Shown: positions 37,578 to 49,585 of the stretch, piece by piece
Numbering within the stretch: position 1 is the first letter of the stretch
How the letters are laid out: every line of letters starts with the position of its first letter
Source of the DNA: Octopus bimaculoides
Lineage: Eukaryota
Direction: 5' to 3'
NCBI RefSeq assembly: GCF_001194135.2
Contig: NC_068990.1
Span: 84,997,557 to 85,053,081, forward strand
Length of the DNA stretch: 55,525 nt
The notes under the pieces: model-generated
Database searches by the model: none
What the model was told of the DNA's origin: nothing
What the model saw: the letters and a program-made list of their open reading frames with translations, nothing else
Made by a program: the position numbers and the translations under genes

Positions 37578-38504
37578 NNNNNNNNNNNNNNNNNNNNNNN
37601 NNNNNNNNNNNNNNNNNNNNNNNNNNNNNNNNNNNNNNNNNNNNNNNNNNNNNNNNNNNNNNNNNNNNNNNNNNNNNNNNNNNNNNNNNNNNNNNNNNNN
37701 NNNNNNNNNNNNNNNNNNNNNNNNNNNNNNNNNNNNNNNNNNNNNNNNNNNNNNNNNNNNNNNNNNNNNNNNNNNNNNNNNNNNNNNNNNNNNNNNNNNN
37801 NNNNNNNNNNNNNNNNNNNNNNNNNNNNNNNNNNNNNNNNNNNNNNNNNNNNNNNNNNNNNNNNNNNNNNNNNNNNNNNNNNNNNNNNNNNNNNNNNNNN
37901 NNNNNNNNNNNNNNNNNNNNNNNNNNNNNNNNNNNNNNNNNNNNNNNNNNNNNNNNNNNNNNNNNNNNNNNNNNNNNNNNNNNNNNNNNNNNNNNNNNNN
38001 NNNNNNNNNNNNNNNNNNNNNNNNNNNNNNNNNNNNNNNNNNNNNNNNNNNNNNNNNNNNNNNNNNNNNNNNNNNNNNNNNNNNNNNNNNNNNNNNNNNN
38101 NNNNNNNNNNNNNNNNNNNNNNNNNNNNNNNNNNNNNNNNNNNNNNNNNNNNNNNNNNNNNNNNNNNNNNNNNNNNNNNNNNNNNNNNNNNNNNNNNNNN
38201 NNNNNNNNNNNNNNNNNNNNNNNNNNNNNNNNNNNNNNNNNNNNNNNNNNNNNNNNNNNNNNNNNNNNNNNNNNNNNNNNNNNNNNNNNNNNNNNNNNNN
38301 NNNNNNNNNNNNNNNNNNNNNNNNNNNNNNNNNNNNNNNNNNNNNNNNNNNNNNNNNNNNNNNNNNNNNNNNNNNNNNNNNNNNNNNNNNNNNNNNNNNN
38401 NNNNNNNNNNNNNNNNNNNNNNNNNNNNNNNNNNNNNNNNNNNNNNNNNNNNNNNNNNNNNNTGTTTACATCACCATAACTTAGTGATAGATTAAGTACA
38501 AGGC

Positions 38505-38600
38505 ATAAAAGAAAAGTCCAGGGATTGATTCATTCAACTAAAATTTCCTCAAGGCAGTGCCCCAGCATGACCACAGTCTAATGACTGAAACAAATAAAAA
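38505..38600 (+). mobile_element. SINE family E-G, 3' module (further fragments at 52830-52915 +, 36775-36820 -, 14475-14522 -)
   Basis: ggcagtgccccagcatgaccacagtctaatgactgaaacaa. Confidence 0.75.
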
Positions 38601-38646
38601 AATAGAAATTAAAAAGATTTGTATGAAATTATAAATCCAATACGCG

Positions 38647-38693
<47 letters not shown>

Positions 38694-38785
38694 CGAGCAG
38701 CCAGTTTCGCTTCTTTTAATGATGTCGGTTGTTTTTTTCTTATCTAGTAAGTACAGATTTTAATTTTTAACTGTAGAGATAAAGG

Positions 38786-38934
38786 TTAGAGATACCCATC
38801 ATCACCAGTTATTGACCTCAAACATTCATTAACCTGGTCTCTGTAAGCTTTCTGTGTCTGGAACGACGCGTTTTGCTTCCGGTATTCGCGTTCATAGCTA
38901 TAAACCCTGTTAAGGTTGATGTGCACATAACCAG
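38786..38934 (-). CDS. Candidate terminal exon (GYVHINLNRVYSYEREYRKQNASFQTQKAYRDQVNECLRSITGDDGYL*), product unknown
   Basis: Unique-looking sequence with a 48-codon open frame and a second overlapping minus-strand ORF (38818-39036). The splice acceptor is weak. Confidence 0.15.
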
Positions 38935-39237
38935 CTTATGATCTGTGTGTGCAACCGCCAGAAAATGTGGATACCCAATGCTGACTGAATTAACTTCATA
39001 AAATCTAGATGCCGTAATATGTTCTGTCCAACGCATTGGTATTCAAGAAATACAGTCTGTACCTGCCAGGCAGTTAGAAATGTCTGATCTGGTTTGCGAT
39101 GTTTTTACTCACCCCACTTCTATAGGCAACTTCCACATAATTCTAGCATGTGTGTAAGGAATTATCCCATGAGGCCACTAACACTAATGAGCGACGTGTG
39201 CTGCTGTTGCTGTATTACAACCACCACTACCACCACC

Positions 39238-39269
<32 letters not shown>

Positions 39270-40399
39270 CGTCTGCCCGACTTAATGCGTCTGTTTTGAT
39301 CATTTTCTTCAGATGGTAAACATAATTAATTTCCATAGACATCTGGATGTCAAATGGAAATGAAGAAGGTATGCAGTCACACACACACATACACCCCCCC
39401 ACACACACGCACACATTTCTACACACACACACAGACACTCACGAGTCTGAATCGTTCATATGAATGTCATACGTGTATCCACACATACATTGGAACATGC
39501 ACATATGCCTGACATAGAATCAGTACGTGTGCTCCCGCGTGTGTATATGTATGTGTATATATGCAAAAACACACAGGTGCATAGAACATACACATACGCA
39601 TACATACCGACTGGCATTAAAAAACATCTGTCAACTGGCACTGAGAAAGACGCGTTTTCTGTATGAGTGTATATTTGTGTGCGTACATATATATATATAA
39701 ACACACACAAACANNNNNNNNNNNNNNNNNNNNNNNNNNNNNNNNNNNNNNNNNNNNNNNNNNNNNNNNNNNNNNNNNNNNNNNNNNNNNNNNNNNNNNN
39801 NNNNNNNNNNNNNNNNNNNNNNNNNNNNNNNNNNNNNNNNNNNNNNNNNNNNNNNNNNNNNNNNNNNNNNNNNNNNNNNNNNNNNNNNNNNNNNNNNNNN
39901 NNNNNNNNNNNNNNNNNNNNNNNNNNNNNNNNNNNNNNNNNNNNNNNNNNNNNNNNNNNNNNNNNNNNNNNNNNNNATTACATATGTGTAAACACATGTA
40001 GACACCCATACCACGCCTCCAAAGACATTTTTCTCATTACGTGTGTTATTTTAATTGATTATAATTTCTTTTTAACTCTCTAAATTATGTCAACATGAAC
40101 TTAACTATTTGTGCTGAATGCAGAAATCACTCCCGGGAAATTTTCCAATGTTATTATTTTCAATTGCCTTAATCAGTAAATAATTTTTAAGGAAAACCTA
40201 TATATCCTCCCAAAGTCATTGTATGTTTTATTAAGTCCAAATTAGGTTACACTTCGCTAACGAGTTCTAATAACACTGAAACATGTCTGACGTTGCCTAC
40301 CTACTTGCTTAAGATCAGACTCACTCCCCTCCTGAACGTGTCCGGTGAAATGGCAAAATCGTTAGAGCGTCAGATAAAATGCCTCAAAGTAATGTGTGT

Positions 40400-40860
40400 G
40401 TGTGCGTGCGCGATATTTGAGGTAAAGATGAACAAAGAAATTATATAATTATATGATTTTATTGAAGAAATATGGCAGAACATTCCAAGTGATTTTTGTG
40501 CTCATTTGTCGAACTCCATGTCACACCGTTGTAAGGCCATAATTGAAAATAATGGCTATGGAACTGGATACTAATAATACATTTTTGTTCGTTGATCATT
40601 CGTGCCATAAGTTTTCAATTTAAACAAAATATTGTTGGTACGGTCTTAAACTTATTTTGCCGACAATTTTTAATCATTTGAATTAATAGCGCATTAAAAT
40701 TATTCAAATTGTGAAAAGATATATAACGCCTATATTATTCGAAAGAAAAAAAAATTCTACATAAACCGTAAAAAGTAAAATAATTTTATACAGTTTTGTT
40801 AAAAATAAATTAATGAAGGAATAGAACTGTCATCATTGGTCTTAAACTCATTTTGGCTCG
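40400..40860 (+). mobile_element. 3' end of a Tc1-like transposon with IR/DR-type right end
   Basis: DFIEEIWQNIPSDFCAHLSNSMSHRCKAIIENNGYGTGY* matches the Tc1 C-terminus (EEWxxIP...SMPxRxxAVIxxxGxxTxY). Direct repeats ggtcttaaact(t/c)attttg at 40642 and 40838, then TA. Confidence 0.8.
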
Positions 40861-41473
40861 TATATATATATATACAACAAAATATCCCTCAGCAAGAAAT
40901 CCCCAAACTATTGTTACTCTCACTAGAATTAGAATCTCAATAAAGAACAGTCAAATGTATGGTATAATATATACAAAACCTCCATATACCAAACACTCCT
41001 AAACAGTTTTAACTTTCCGAAAACTAGAATTTCAATGAAGGACTACTTAGAACCACCAGAACACAAGATACAAAAGGTTCACAGTCAACAAGTACATCAG
41101 ATATATACATCTATCATCAGCTGTGTAACGGGAATCATTATAGTTTCGACACTTGGGCAGTACTATTCAATCCATCAGTGTCAACAACGTTAAAGACATA
41201 AACGCTGCTTGCAGGTTAATAAACAAGAAACAGGAGCGAAATATTAGTGCAATGATGTCCTTTACGTTTACGTAAGCTTATTGGTACAAATACAAATGTC
41301 AAATCTAAAGCATAAATCGTTACATGCTTATAGCTAAGAAGCGTAGAAATTAAAAATAAATATATACATGCTCGCGCTTATAATGAACTGAAAGAAGGAG
41401 AGCTCAGTATGAAAAATGTGGATAATAAAGTCTTCCATGTAAATCACATTAAAGAAAGTGTGTTGTGTGTGTG

Positions 41474-41563
<90 letters not shown>

Positions 41564-41589
41564 CTAAGCTTCGCTGTTAAGAATTTGAT

Positions 41590-41800
41590 AATGGTTTCAA
41601 ATTTTGACCTTAGGCCAGCAAATTTTAGAGAAGAGGTAAGTCAATTACATCGATCCCAGTACTCAACTGGTACTAATTTTATTAACCCGGAAAGGATGAA
41701 AGGCAAAGTTGACCTCGGTGGAATTTGAACTCGGGGCGTCAAGGCAGACGAAACGTTACTAAGCATTTCGTCCATCGTGCTAACGATTCTGTCAGCTCAC
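41590..41800 (-). mobile_element. SINE family A
   Basis: Standard family A motifs on the minus strand. Confidence 0.8.
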
Positions 41801-42351
41801 CATTTTTATTGATAATTTGATAATACGACCGAAACACGCCCAGACTTGTCACTGTCTTGCTAAATATCAGACTCACTCCCCACTACATTCCATGGTTGTC
41901 TTTCTCGACCGTAATTACTCATTTAAATAATGATTGTTCTCAACATCAAAGGTGTTATTTCAATTAATTATAATCGCTTGGCACATTACATCCATATCTA
42001 CTAGCGCCTACTTTACTATTTAGCTATATAAAATAAAGATTGTTGAAAAGCAAAAGTGAAAGTAGTTAGGCTAATGAACTATTGGGCACACTGTTATTTG
42101 ACCATGAGTTCGATCGTGGGATGTAGATCATGGGATGTGTCTTGGCAAATGAAAATTAGTACCAGCCCAGTGCTAGAGCCACTGTGTCTGTTTCCAAATG
42201 TCTCATTCTTGATGTTTTACTCGGTGAAGGCCACAAAGGGTGCCTGTATCTACTTGTGAAATCATAAGTACTTAATTTGCGAAAACACCGTGTTTGCCAC
42301 CAAATCAAACTCGCTCGCAAGTGGCGGCTATGGTTCAAAAAATATTTTTTA

Positions 42352-42538
42352 CCTTTTTTTTCAGTTATTGGACTATGGTCATGCTGGAGCACCGCTTTCA
42401 AAGGTTTAGTCGAACAAATCGACCCCTAATATTTATTTCTAAGTCTGGTACCTATACCTATATCGGCGCCTTTTGTCTAATTGCTAAGCTACGTGAATAT
42501 AAATGAACCAGCACAGGTTGTCAAGTGGTGGGGGAGGA

Positions 42539-42582
<44 letters not shown>

Positions 42583-42720
42583 CGTCGGACTTCTGCATAA
42601 TTTTCATCTACCAAATTCACTCAGAAGACACTTGCCCAAGATACGGCGCAGTGGAACCGAACCCGCTACTACGTTATTACAAAGCGAGCTTTTTAACCAC
42701 ACAGCCATGCCAGCGCCATT
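42352..42720 (-). mobile_element. SINE family E-G, most complete copy, with an internal (TG)n
   Basis: Head and CORE at 42720-42590, (TG)n at 42580-42541, 3' module at 42540-42352. Confidence 0.75.
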
Positions 42721-43389
42721 AAGACATTATCATCTAAGTGCTAATAGTAGTTCTGAATGACCCTGCACCCATGCACATTCGCACATGTGCGGACATAGAG
42801 ACCGACCCAGACACATGCAATGTGCGCACTCTTATATACACATACACACACACAAACATATACCGAGACGAACACACAGAGACTGACATGTATATAAATA
42901 CAGAGATCAAGATATACCCCCCTCCCACACACATACTCTCTCATTCCTATAAAAAAGTAATAGACGAACGATTGAAGATTTCGTTAATTAGATGACTTGC
43001 ACTCAACAACCCCCAGCAACTCCCATCCTGTCTATTCTAAGTATCTGTATATCCACATATCTGTTTGGCTCTGTCCCTCTCTCTTATCTCTGTACTTTCG
43101 TTTGCCTATGTTTTGGCGACGAGCCAACAAGGGAGCATCTGCGTTGTCGATTAAGCTGCTAGAAATAACAGCCAAATCTTCCTCATCTTACACCACACTG
43201 TTTTAGAAAGGTGAAAGAACTCAGGAAACTATGTTGCCCGAGATACTTCTAAAAAGACTGGAAGTTTATGACGTAGCAAACTGTCTAGCAGGTCGCAGTT
43301 TAGTTTGGAACTCTAATCATCTAAGTTCAAATCCTACTGGATACGACTTTGTCTTTAGATCTCCTGACTCGATATAAATAAATTATTGG

Positions 43390-44039
43390 GATCTTTTTTA
43401 AAACGGGGGCCACATTTTTCATTAATGTTTTACGTAGTGTTTTTGGTACCGAAAGACTTTCAAACTTCGTATACTTATCTATTTTGTGTTATAGAACAGA
43501 AGAATATTTTTGTATTCGAATTTATTTCATGTAAAAAATTGTCTTATTTCGATAATTTCAACCAATCACTGACACGTATTCAGTTGTTTACCTTTACTCC
43601 TTTGGCTCATTAAGCGATGTAAAGCGTATTTAATCTCCATACCTTCGTTTTATTTGTTTTTTCATTTTAAATTTGCTTTAACCCTAACCCTAACCCTAAN
43701 NNNNNNNNNNNNNNNNNNNNNNNNNNNNNNNNNNNNNNNNNNNNTAACCCTAACCCTAGGGTTAGGGTTAGGGTTAGAGTTAGGGTTAGGGTTAGGGTTA
43801 ATTGTTTCAGAATCGTTTGTTTATGTAGTCGGCACTTAATGTATATCGGCTGAATGGACGTCAGTGATTGGTTGAAATTACAGAAATACGACAACTTTAA
43901 CATGGAATAATTTATGGATTTCTTTTTTTTTAAAGAAGACTAAGAGAAAAAGATGTTTTATATGACACATTCTACCAGTGTTCCAAGTTTCAAAGTGTTT
44001 CGTTAATGAAAAATGTGGCCCCCGTTTTAAAAAAGATCC
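43390..44039. mobile_element. 650-bp fold-back non-autonomous DNA transposon (37-bp perfect TIR, 8-bp TSD) with an inverted telomeric core
   Basis: TIR GGATCTTTTTTAAAACGGGGGCCACATTTTTCATTAA at 43390-43426 and its exact reverse complement at 44003-44039. TSD AATTATTG at 43382-43389 and 44040-44047. Inner 21-bp perfect IR at 43553-43573 / 43860-43880. Confidence 0.93.
43679..43800. repeat. Interstitial inverted telomeric repeat (TAACCC)n-(GGGTTA)n, with a 45-N gap
   Basis: Junction taaccctagggtta centred at 43757/43758. About 7 TTAGGG units on the right, one of them TTAGAG. Confidence 0.95.
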
Positions 44040-44533
44040 AATTATTGCTATATACTATACTATTACCTCATAAATCTGTAGTTTCGTGTCAACGACTGAT
44101 AGCTTCTATTTCCTATCAGATGACGAGTTTGCAGAGTTGTTAAAGCGCTGGATGAAGTACTGCGTAATCTCTACTCCAGCTCTGACTTGAAATATCGTCA
44201 AGGTTAACTCTGATTTTCAGTCTTTCGAGGTGAATAAGTACAAGTCTAGGGCAGAAGAATTGGAGAATTGTCAGGGCCCCGAATGCGATAGCATATGATA
44301 TTTGATTTAGCTCTCTGCATTATGTGTTCAAATCCCGCCGTGGCCCACTTGGGCGGTAGACATAATCCGGTTTAACATCACTACCTGGTACCTTAGTTAT
44401 TGTCAGTGTATGCCACTTTGACGCAAGCATTCAAATTCGTCCTTCTCTAAGCAAGATAAAAAAATAAAAGTTAAGTACATCACTTTCTACATTTTAGAAA
44501 TACGTCCGTGAAAGTTGGAAGGGCAGCGACACA

Positions 44534-44735
44534 AGGGCGGCGAGCTGGCTGAATCGTTGGCACGATAGGCAAAATGCTCAGCGGCATTTCGTCCGTCTTT
44601 ACTTTCTGATTTTAAGACTTTGCCTTTCATCCTTTCGTGGTCGATAAAATAAGTATCAGTTGAGCACTGGAGTCGATGTAATCGACTTATCCGTCCCCGC
44701 AAATTTCTGGCCTTGTTCCAAAATTTGAAACCAAT
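44534..44735 (+). mobile_element. SINE family A
   Basis: gggcggcgagctggctgaatcgttggcac...gtcgatgtaatcgac...aaatttgaaaccaa. Confidence 0.85.
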
Positions 44736-45698
44736 ATTTCTGCCGCACACAGATATAAAATGGAGGTGAGAAGAACGTCATTCTGACATGCGTAGATAGG
44801 TGGTACTGGAGAAGTGTTGTGACTTACGTAGTTAGGTGATATTGGAAGAGTGTTGTGATGTTCACAGATTGGCAGTGTGAAATAAACCTATCAATTCCTG
44901 TGGCTTGTTGCAGGTGGATTTATTTATTTAGTTGCATAATGTAGTTTTCATCTGAAACCATGGAGTTGACAGCATCGATAAATATAAGTAGCTTAAACTA
45001 TCTATCGCGTATATTTTGGAGCTTCTCAATTCAAAACCTGCTAAAGATAAGCTTCACCTTTTACTCATTCAGGACGGATTCCTACCATTCATTTTCCCCG
45101 GGGATGGAAAAATGAATGGTAGGGATCCGTCAAAAAGATATCAGAAGTAGTAGAAAATCGGACTGATTGCTTCTCATTGTAGTATTTAAATCAGGTCTTC
45201 TGTGTTGAGATTCTACTTCGGTGTTTTGTTTGCCGAGTCAATTTAACTGTTCCCTGTCTTGGGAAAAGATAAAATAAATACCAGTAATATACTGTATTCG
45301 GTCCACCATTCTGTACACCATCTTCTTCCTAGTTCAAAATATTTTTTTAATATTAGCAGATGTTTTAATATTTTGATTTAAATATCAATTAAATAAAGAA
45401 TGTCTACATTAATATTGTTTATAAATTCTCTGAAGCTAAAACTGAAAAATAGAGATACATGATATTTTCTAATCTCTTTTAAAAATAAAACCGATTAAAT
45501 AGCTAATTAGCTGTTGCTCCAGTCTACAAATTAATGAGAAAAATGTGTTAAATTATATTTCCAAAACTGCTTTTCCATTTTGAGATATGTTTTAAAAAGC
45601 TGTTATGTGGAATGAATACAAGATTAGTTTTTGGTTTCGATGGAAAATTTGGAAAACAAAATGCCGTTAGCAGAAGGCTGCAAATATTAGGGCGCAGT

Positions 45699-45872
45699 CA
45701 ATTGAAACAACTCCTTAAAAAGGAATAACATGTTTGATAATATAATTCTACTAATACTATATTTGTGATGGATGCATTTTATTATAAGTCCGTAGATAAA
45801 GATCATTTGCTTAAAGACCTCAATTGAAACGACTCCTTAAAAAAGAATAACATATTTAATAATCTAATTCTA
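45699..45872 (+). repeat. About 52-bp imperfect direct repeat, 122-bp period
   Basis: caattgaaac(a/g)actccttaaaaa(g/a)gaataacat at 45699 and 45821. Confidence 0.85.
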
Positions 45873-46187
45873 TATACACTATGGGCAGGGTAGTTCCACT
45901 TACCCACACCATTTTTATTCTTTTTGATAAATTCGTTGGGGTGAGACCTCTAACCCCTTCATCCCTACTTTCCTTTTAAAAACGCATGTTTAAAACGTTG
46001 TTGAGGTCTTAACCGAAGAGAAAAGTGTTCGGTCTCAATCCTTCCGGTCTCGACAACCACACAGCCTGTTTTACAATAGCTACTAAACAGTGAAACATCG
46101 CCTGACCCACCTTGTTAAAGGTGGATGGTGGAGCAATTCTTACGACAGACTAGGCTAATAGCCGGATTCGTCCTACATGCAAATACA

Positions 46188-46250
46188 TACAGGGGTTGGA
46201 CAAAATAATGGAAACACCTTAGAATTTCAAACAAATTTATTTTAATGTGG
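46188..46250 (+). mobile_element. Tc1-type left end (TA plus TIR), truncated next to a SINE
   Basis: TA-CAGGGGTTGGACAAAATAATGGAAACACC; a related fragment is at 987. Confidence 0.6.
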
Positions 46251-46420
46251 CACTTTATCGATTCCGGGGAAATGGAAGGTAAAGCTAACTTCAGTGGGAT
46301 TTGAACCCAGAACGTAAAAATCTAAGAGAAATACCGCAAAATTTTTTGTTCGACAGTCTAACGATTCTGCCAGCTCGCCGTACTACTACTACTACTACTG
46401 CTACTGCTGCTTCTGCTGCT
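46250..46420 (-). mobile_element. SINE family A abutting (TAC)n
   Basis: Head cggcgagctggcagaatcgttag on the minus strand, directly after the (AGT)n tract. Confidence 0.75.
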
Positions 46421-46421
46421 G

Positions 46422-46475
<54 letters not shown>

Positions 46476-47128
46476 ATTGTTGTTGTTTTGTTGTTACTGT
46501 CCCCAATAGATCCGTAGATGCGCAAAGAATGCAATTTTTAACCGGATTATCTTATCAAAACAACAACAGAAAATGCTTTTAGTTTCAGTTTTATCTGAGG
46601 AACAAAGAAAGTTTGTCTTTAGATTTCTAAAACAGTTTACATATTTTTTTTTTCACTAGTAGCCACTTGACCACTTGGCCTTAACAAGAAGAGCTGCTCA
46701 CAACAATAATAGTAACGGTAATGTAAAAAGTAAACACGTTCCCAAATTATTTACAAATGGAAAAAAATCAAACACAGAGCCGGAACTTGTATAAGAAATA
46801 GAACATTGATAAGAGTGAAAAATAAAACAGTGTAAATAGCAATAACAATGCCAACAATGGCATTTCACCATTTACAAAAATTGTGGCTGATAAGAGCGAT
46901 TTGAGAGAGCTCCAGAGAGTAGAGAAGGAGTGGGCGCAGTACGTCTCTAAAAGCCAGTACCTCGCTGCTCAACTAATTAATCCAGGAAAGAACGAGGCGG
47001 AGGGTCTTCCATATTTTCTTGAAAGAGAAGTATGAAAAGCCATGGTTAGTGTTTGACAAGATCAACGATATTATATCAATGGTGGTAGAGTATATGTAAG
47101 CTTGTGTCTAGTTTTTTTATGTCCTCAG

Positions 47129-47183
47129 ACGTAACTGGACACAGTGAGGAGACAGAATTTGGGCGTTACACATCTACCCAAAG
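47129..47183 (+). CDS. Candidate 55-nt exon (VTGHSEETEFGRYTSTQ), product unknown
   Basis: Strong acceptor tttttttatgtcctcag and donor AAG|gttagt; only one frame is open. Confidence 0.3.
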
Positions 47184-48199
47184 GTTAGTACCACTCAACA
47201 TGGGTTTCTAGAACACTAAAGATCAAAGCCAAAGATTGCTAAAGACATCGAATGTTTGCTTCTTGTCAGCTTTGTGTAACAATACGGGAACGTGGTGGGA
47301 GCAGAATTAAATTGCAGAAAAATGTAGTTTAGTTATGTATAGACATTCAGGATCTTTTAGTCATGATCCTAAAACCAAAAACCCCATTGAGGGACTGGCT
47401 GTGTAAGGTACAAAGCTCACTAAACAGAAGCAACAAGGAAAAAAAATGAAGCAATCAAAACCAAACTAATAATTATTCTGGCAGGTTTAACGACACATTC
47501 AACGACTGGACGTTTCAATCCGCAAGCCATTAATATGTTTTTTTCGTGAGGCTGTCATCGACATGCTTTTTTGCAATGCCAACAAAACAGTCGAAGGAGC
47601 TTGCTATTGCACTGGTATGTCAGTGGGTCAAGTCATCACGAGGAACTGTTAGAATAGCAATGATAGCCAAGACATTGATTATTATGGAATCAGTAATGCA
47701 ATGGATGGTTTTGAAGATAAATTCCTCTATGGAAACAACGAGGATTCAAAAACAATTAGCAATTAATACTTAATAGGTAGTAAAATAATACAGAATTTTC
47801 ATCTGTTATGCGCTCGAGTAATATATTTACTATTGAAGTGCAGTCAATAAAAGAGTCAATATCTTAATTTTATTTATTTGTATCTGTTTGTCTCTCTCAC
47901 ACTTTCAGTCACTGAATATAAGGAAGTCGTGGGCGCACCAGTGATCTCCATAGTGTATGGTGGGGGATCGGTAGAGTACTGTACTCAGGTACTTTTGACT
48001 TGGCAATAGTTCTGAAACATTTGCATGGGTTGTGGGAATGTAAACAATTTCTCTGGACAGTTCCAATTAGCGGTATGCTAAAAGCAGACGAACTTCTTTC
48101 AAATCACACTCTGCTGACTCTAAAAATAAAGGACGTATTCGAGACTATAGTACCTGGTACAAACACGGACACTTGCCTGCGCCCGAACGCACACAAACA

Positions 48200-48370
48200 C
48201 ATATGTACGACGGACTTCTTTCAGTTTCCGTCTACCAAATCCACTCACAAGGCTTCGGTCGGCCCGAAGCTATAGTAGAAGACACTTGCCCAAGGTGCCA
48301 CGCAGTGGGACTGAACCTGGAACCATGTGGTTGGCAAGCAAGCTACTTATCACACAGCCACTCCTGCGCC
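48200..48370 (-). mobile_element. SINE family E-G, 5' part
   Basis: Reverse complement of 17903-18060. Confidence 0.85.
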
Positions 48371-49229
48371 TATATATACACATATATATGTACATGTGTA
48401 CATACATGTACACCTTAGTAAAAGCACACACGCACGCACACACATATACATGCACATATGTACATGCGTGTACACCTGAGTATATACCTANNNNNNNNNN
48501 NNNNNNNNNNNNNNNNNNNNNNNNNNNNNNNNNNNNNNNNNNNNNNNNNNNNNNNNNNNNNNNNNNNNNNNNNNNNNNNNNNNNNNNNNNNNNNNNNNNN
48601 NNNNNNNNNNNNNNNNNNNNNNNNNNNNNNNNNNNNNNNNNNNNNNNNNNNNNNNNNNNNNNNNNNNNNNNNNNNNNNNNNNNNNNNNNNNNNNNNNNNN
48701 NNNNNNNNNNNNNNNNNNNNNNNNNNNNNNNNNNNNNNNNNNNNNNNNNNNNNNNNNNNNNNNNNNNNNNNNNNNNNNNNNNNNNNNNNNNNNNNNNNNN
48801 NNNNNNNNNNNNNNNTATTTATCAATATAATTATTAGACTCCCTCTCCCGATTTTGTTCTAAATATAAACTCACGTATGACCCCTATTTGACCTCTCCCA
48901 CGTTTTTCTGTATGTCTCAGTATGTAAATATCTCCGTGTGTGCACATATGTATATCTATACATACATACATACATACATACTGCCTAAATATCAATCTTG
49001 AGGAATTAGGCTTCTCAAAAACAGAAGGGTGAAAGTTGATTCGAAGACTACAGATCCAATCCATCACTGGAACTGTAAAAATCTGTAAAACTTTTCCAGA
49101 AGTTTATCATTTAAGTATATATGAGCATGTCTAGATATGTAACTATATGCATGAAAGTACATACATAAAACAAAGCCTATGAATCTGTACATATACATAC
49201 ATACATACATACATACATTCAGACAAACA

Positions 49230-49585
49230 AAAATACCGGCGGAATTTGAACTCAGAACGTAAAGACGGACGAAATGCTGTAAAATATGTTGCCCGGCGTG
49301 CTAACGATTTTGCCAGCTCGCCGCCTTAAATAATAATAATAATAATAATAATAATAATTAATAATAATAATAATAATAAACCTTTCTACTAAAGGCACAA
49401 GGCCTGAAATTTCTGGGGAGGAGACTAATCGATTACATCGACCCACTGGTACTTAATTTATCGACCCCGAAAGGATGAAAGGCAGAGTCGATCTCAGCGG
49501 AATTTGAACTCAGAACGTAACAGCAGACGAAATACCGGTAAACATTTCGTCCGGCGTGCTAGACATTCTACAAGCTCGCCGCCCT
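49230..49585 (-). mobile_element. Two head-to-tail SINE family A copies separated by (ATT)n
   Basis: Full copy 49585-49378, (ATT)n 49377-49328, head-only copy 49327-49235. Confidence 0.9.

Noticed and set aside
43679-43800. True telomere or chromosome-fusion scar
   Set aside because: The array is short, has the opposite polarity to a fusion, and lies inside a TIR- and TSD-bounded element.
44335-44368. GC-rich hairpin ccgcc-gtggcccac-ttg-ggcgg
   Set aside because: It derives from a decayed SINE-A head (gttcaaat.ccgccg) and is not an independent RNA structure.
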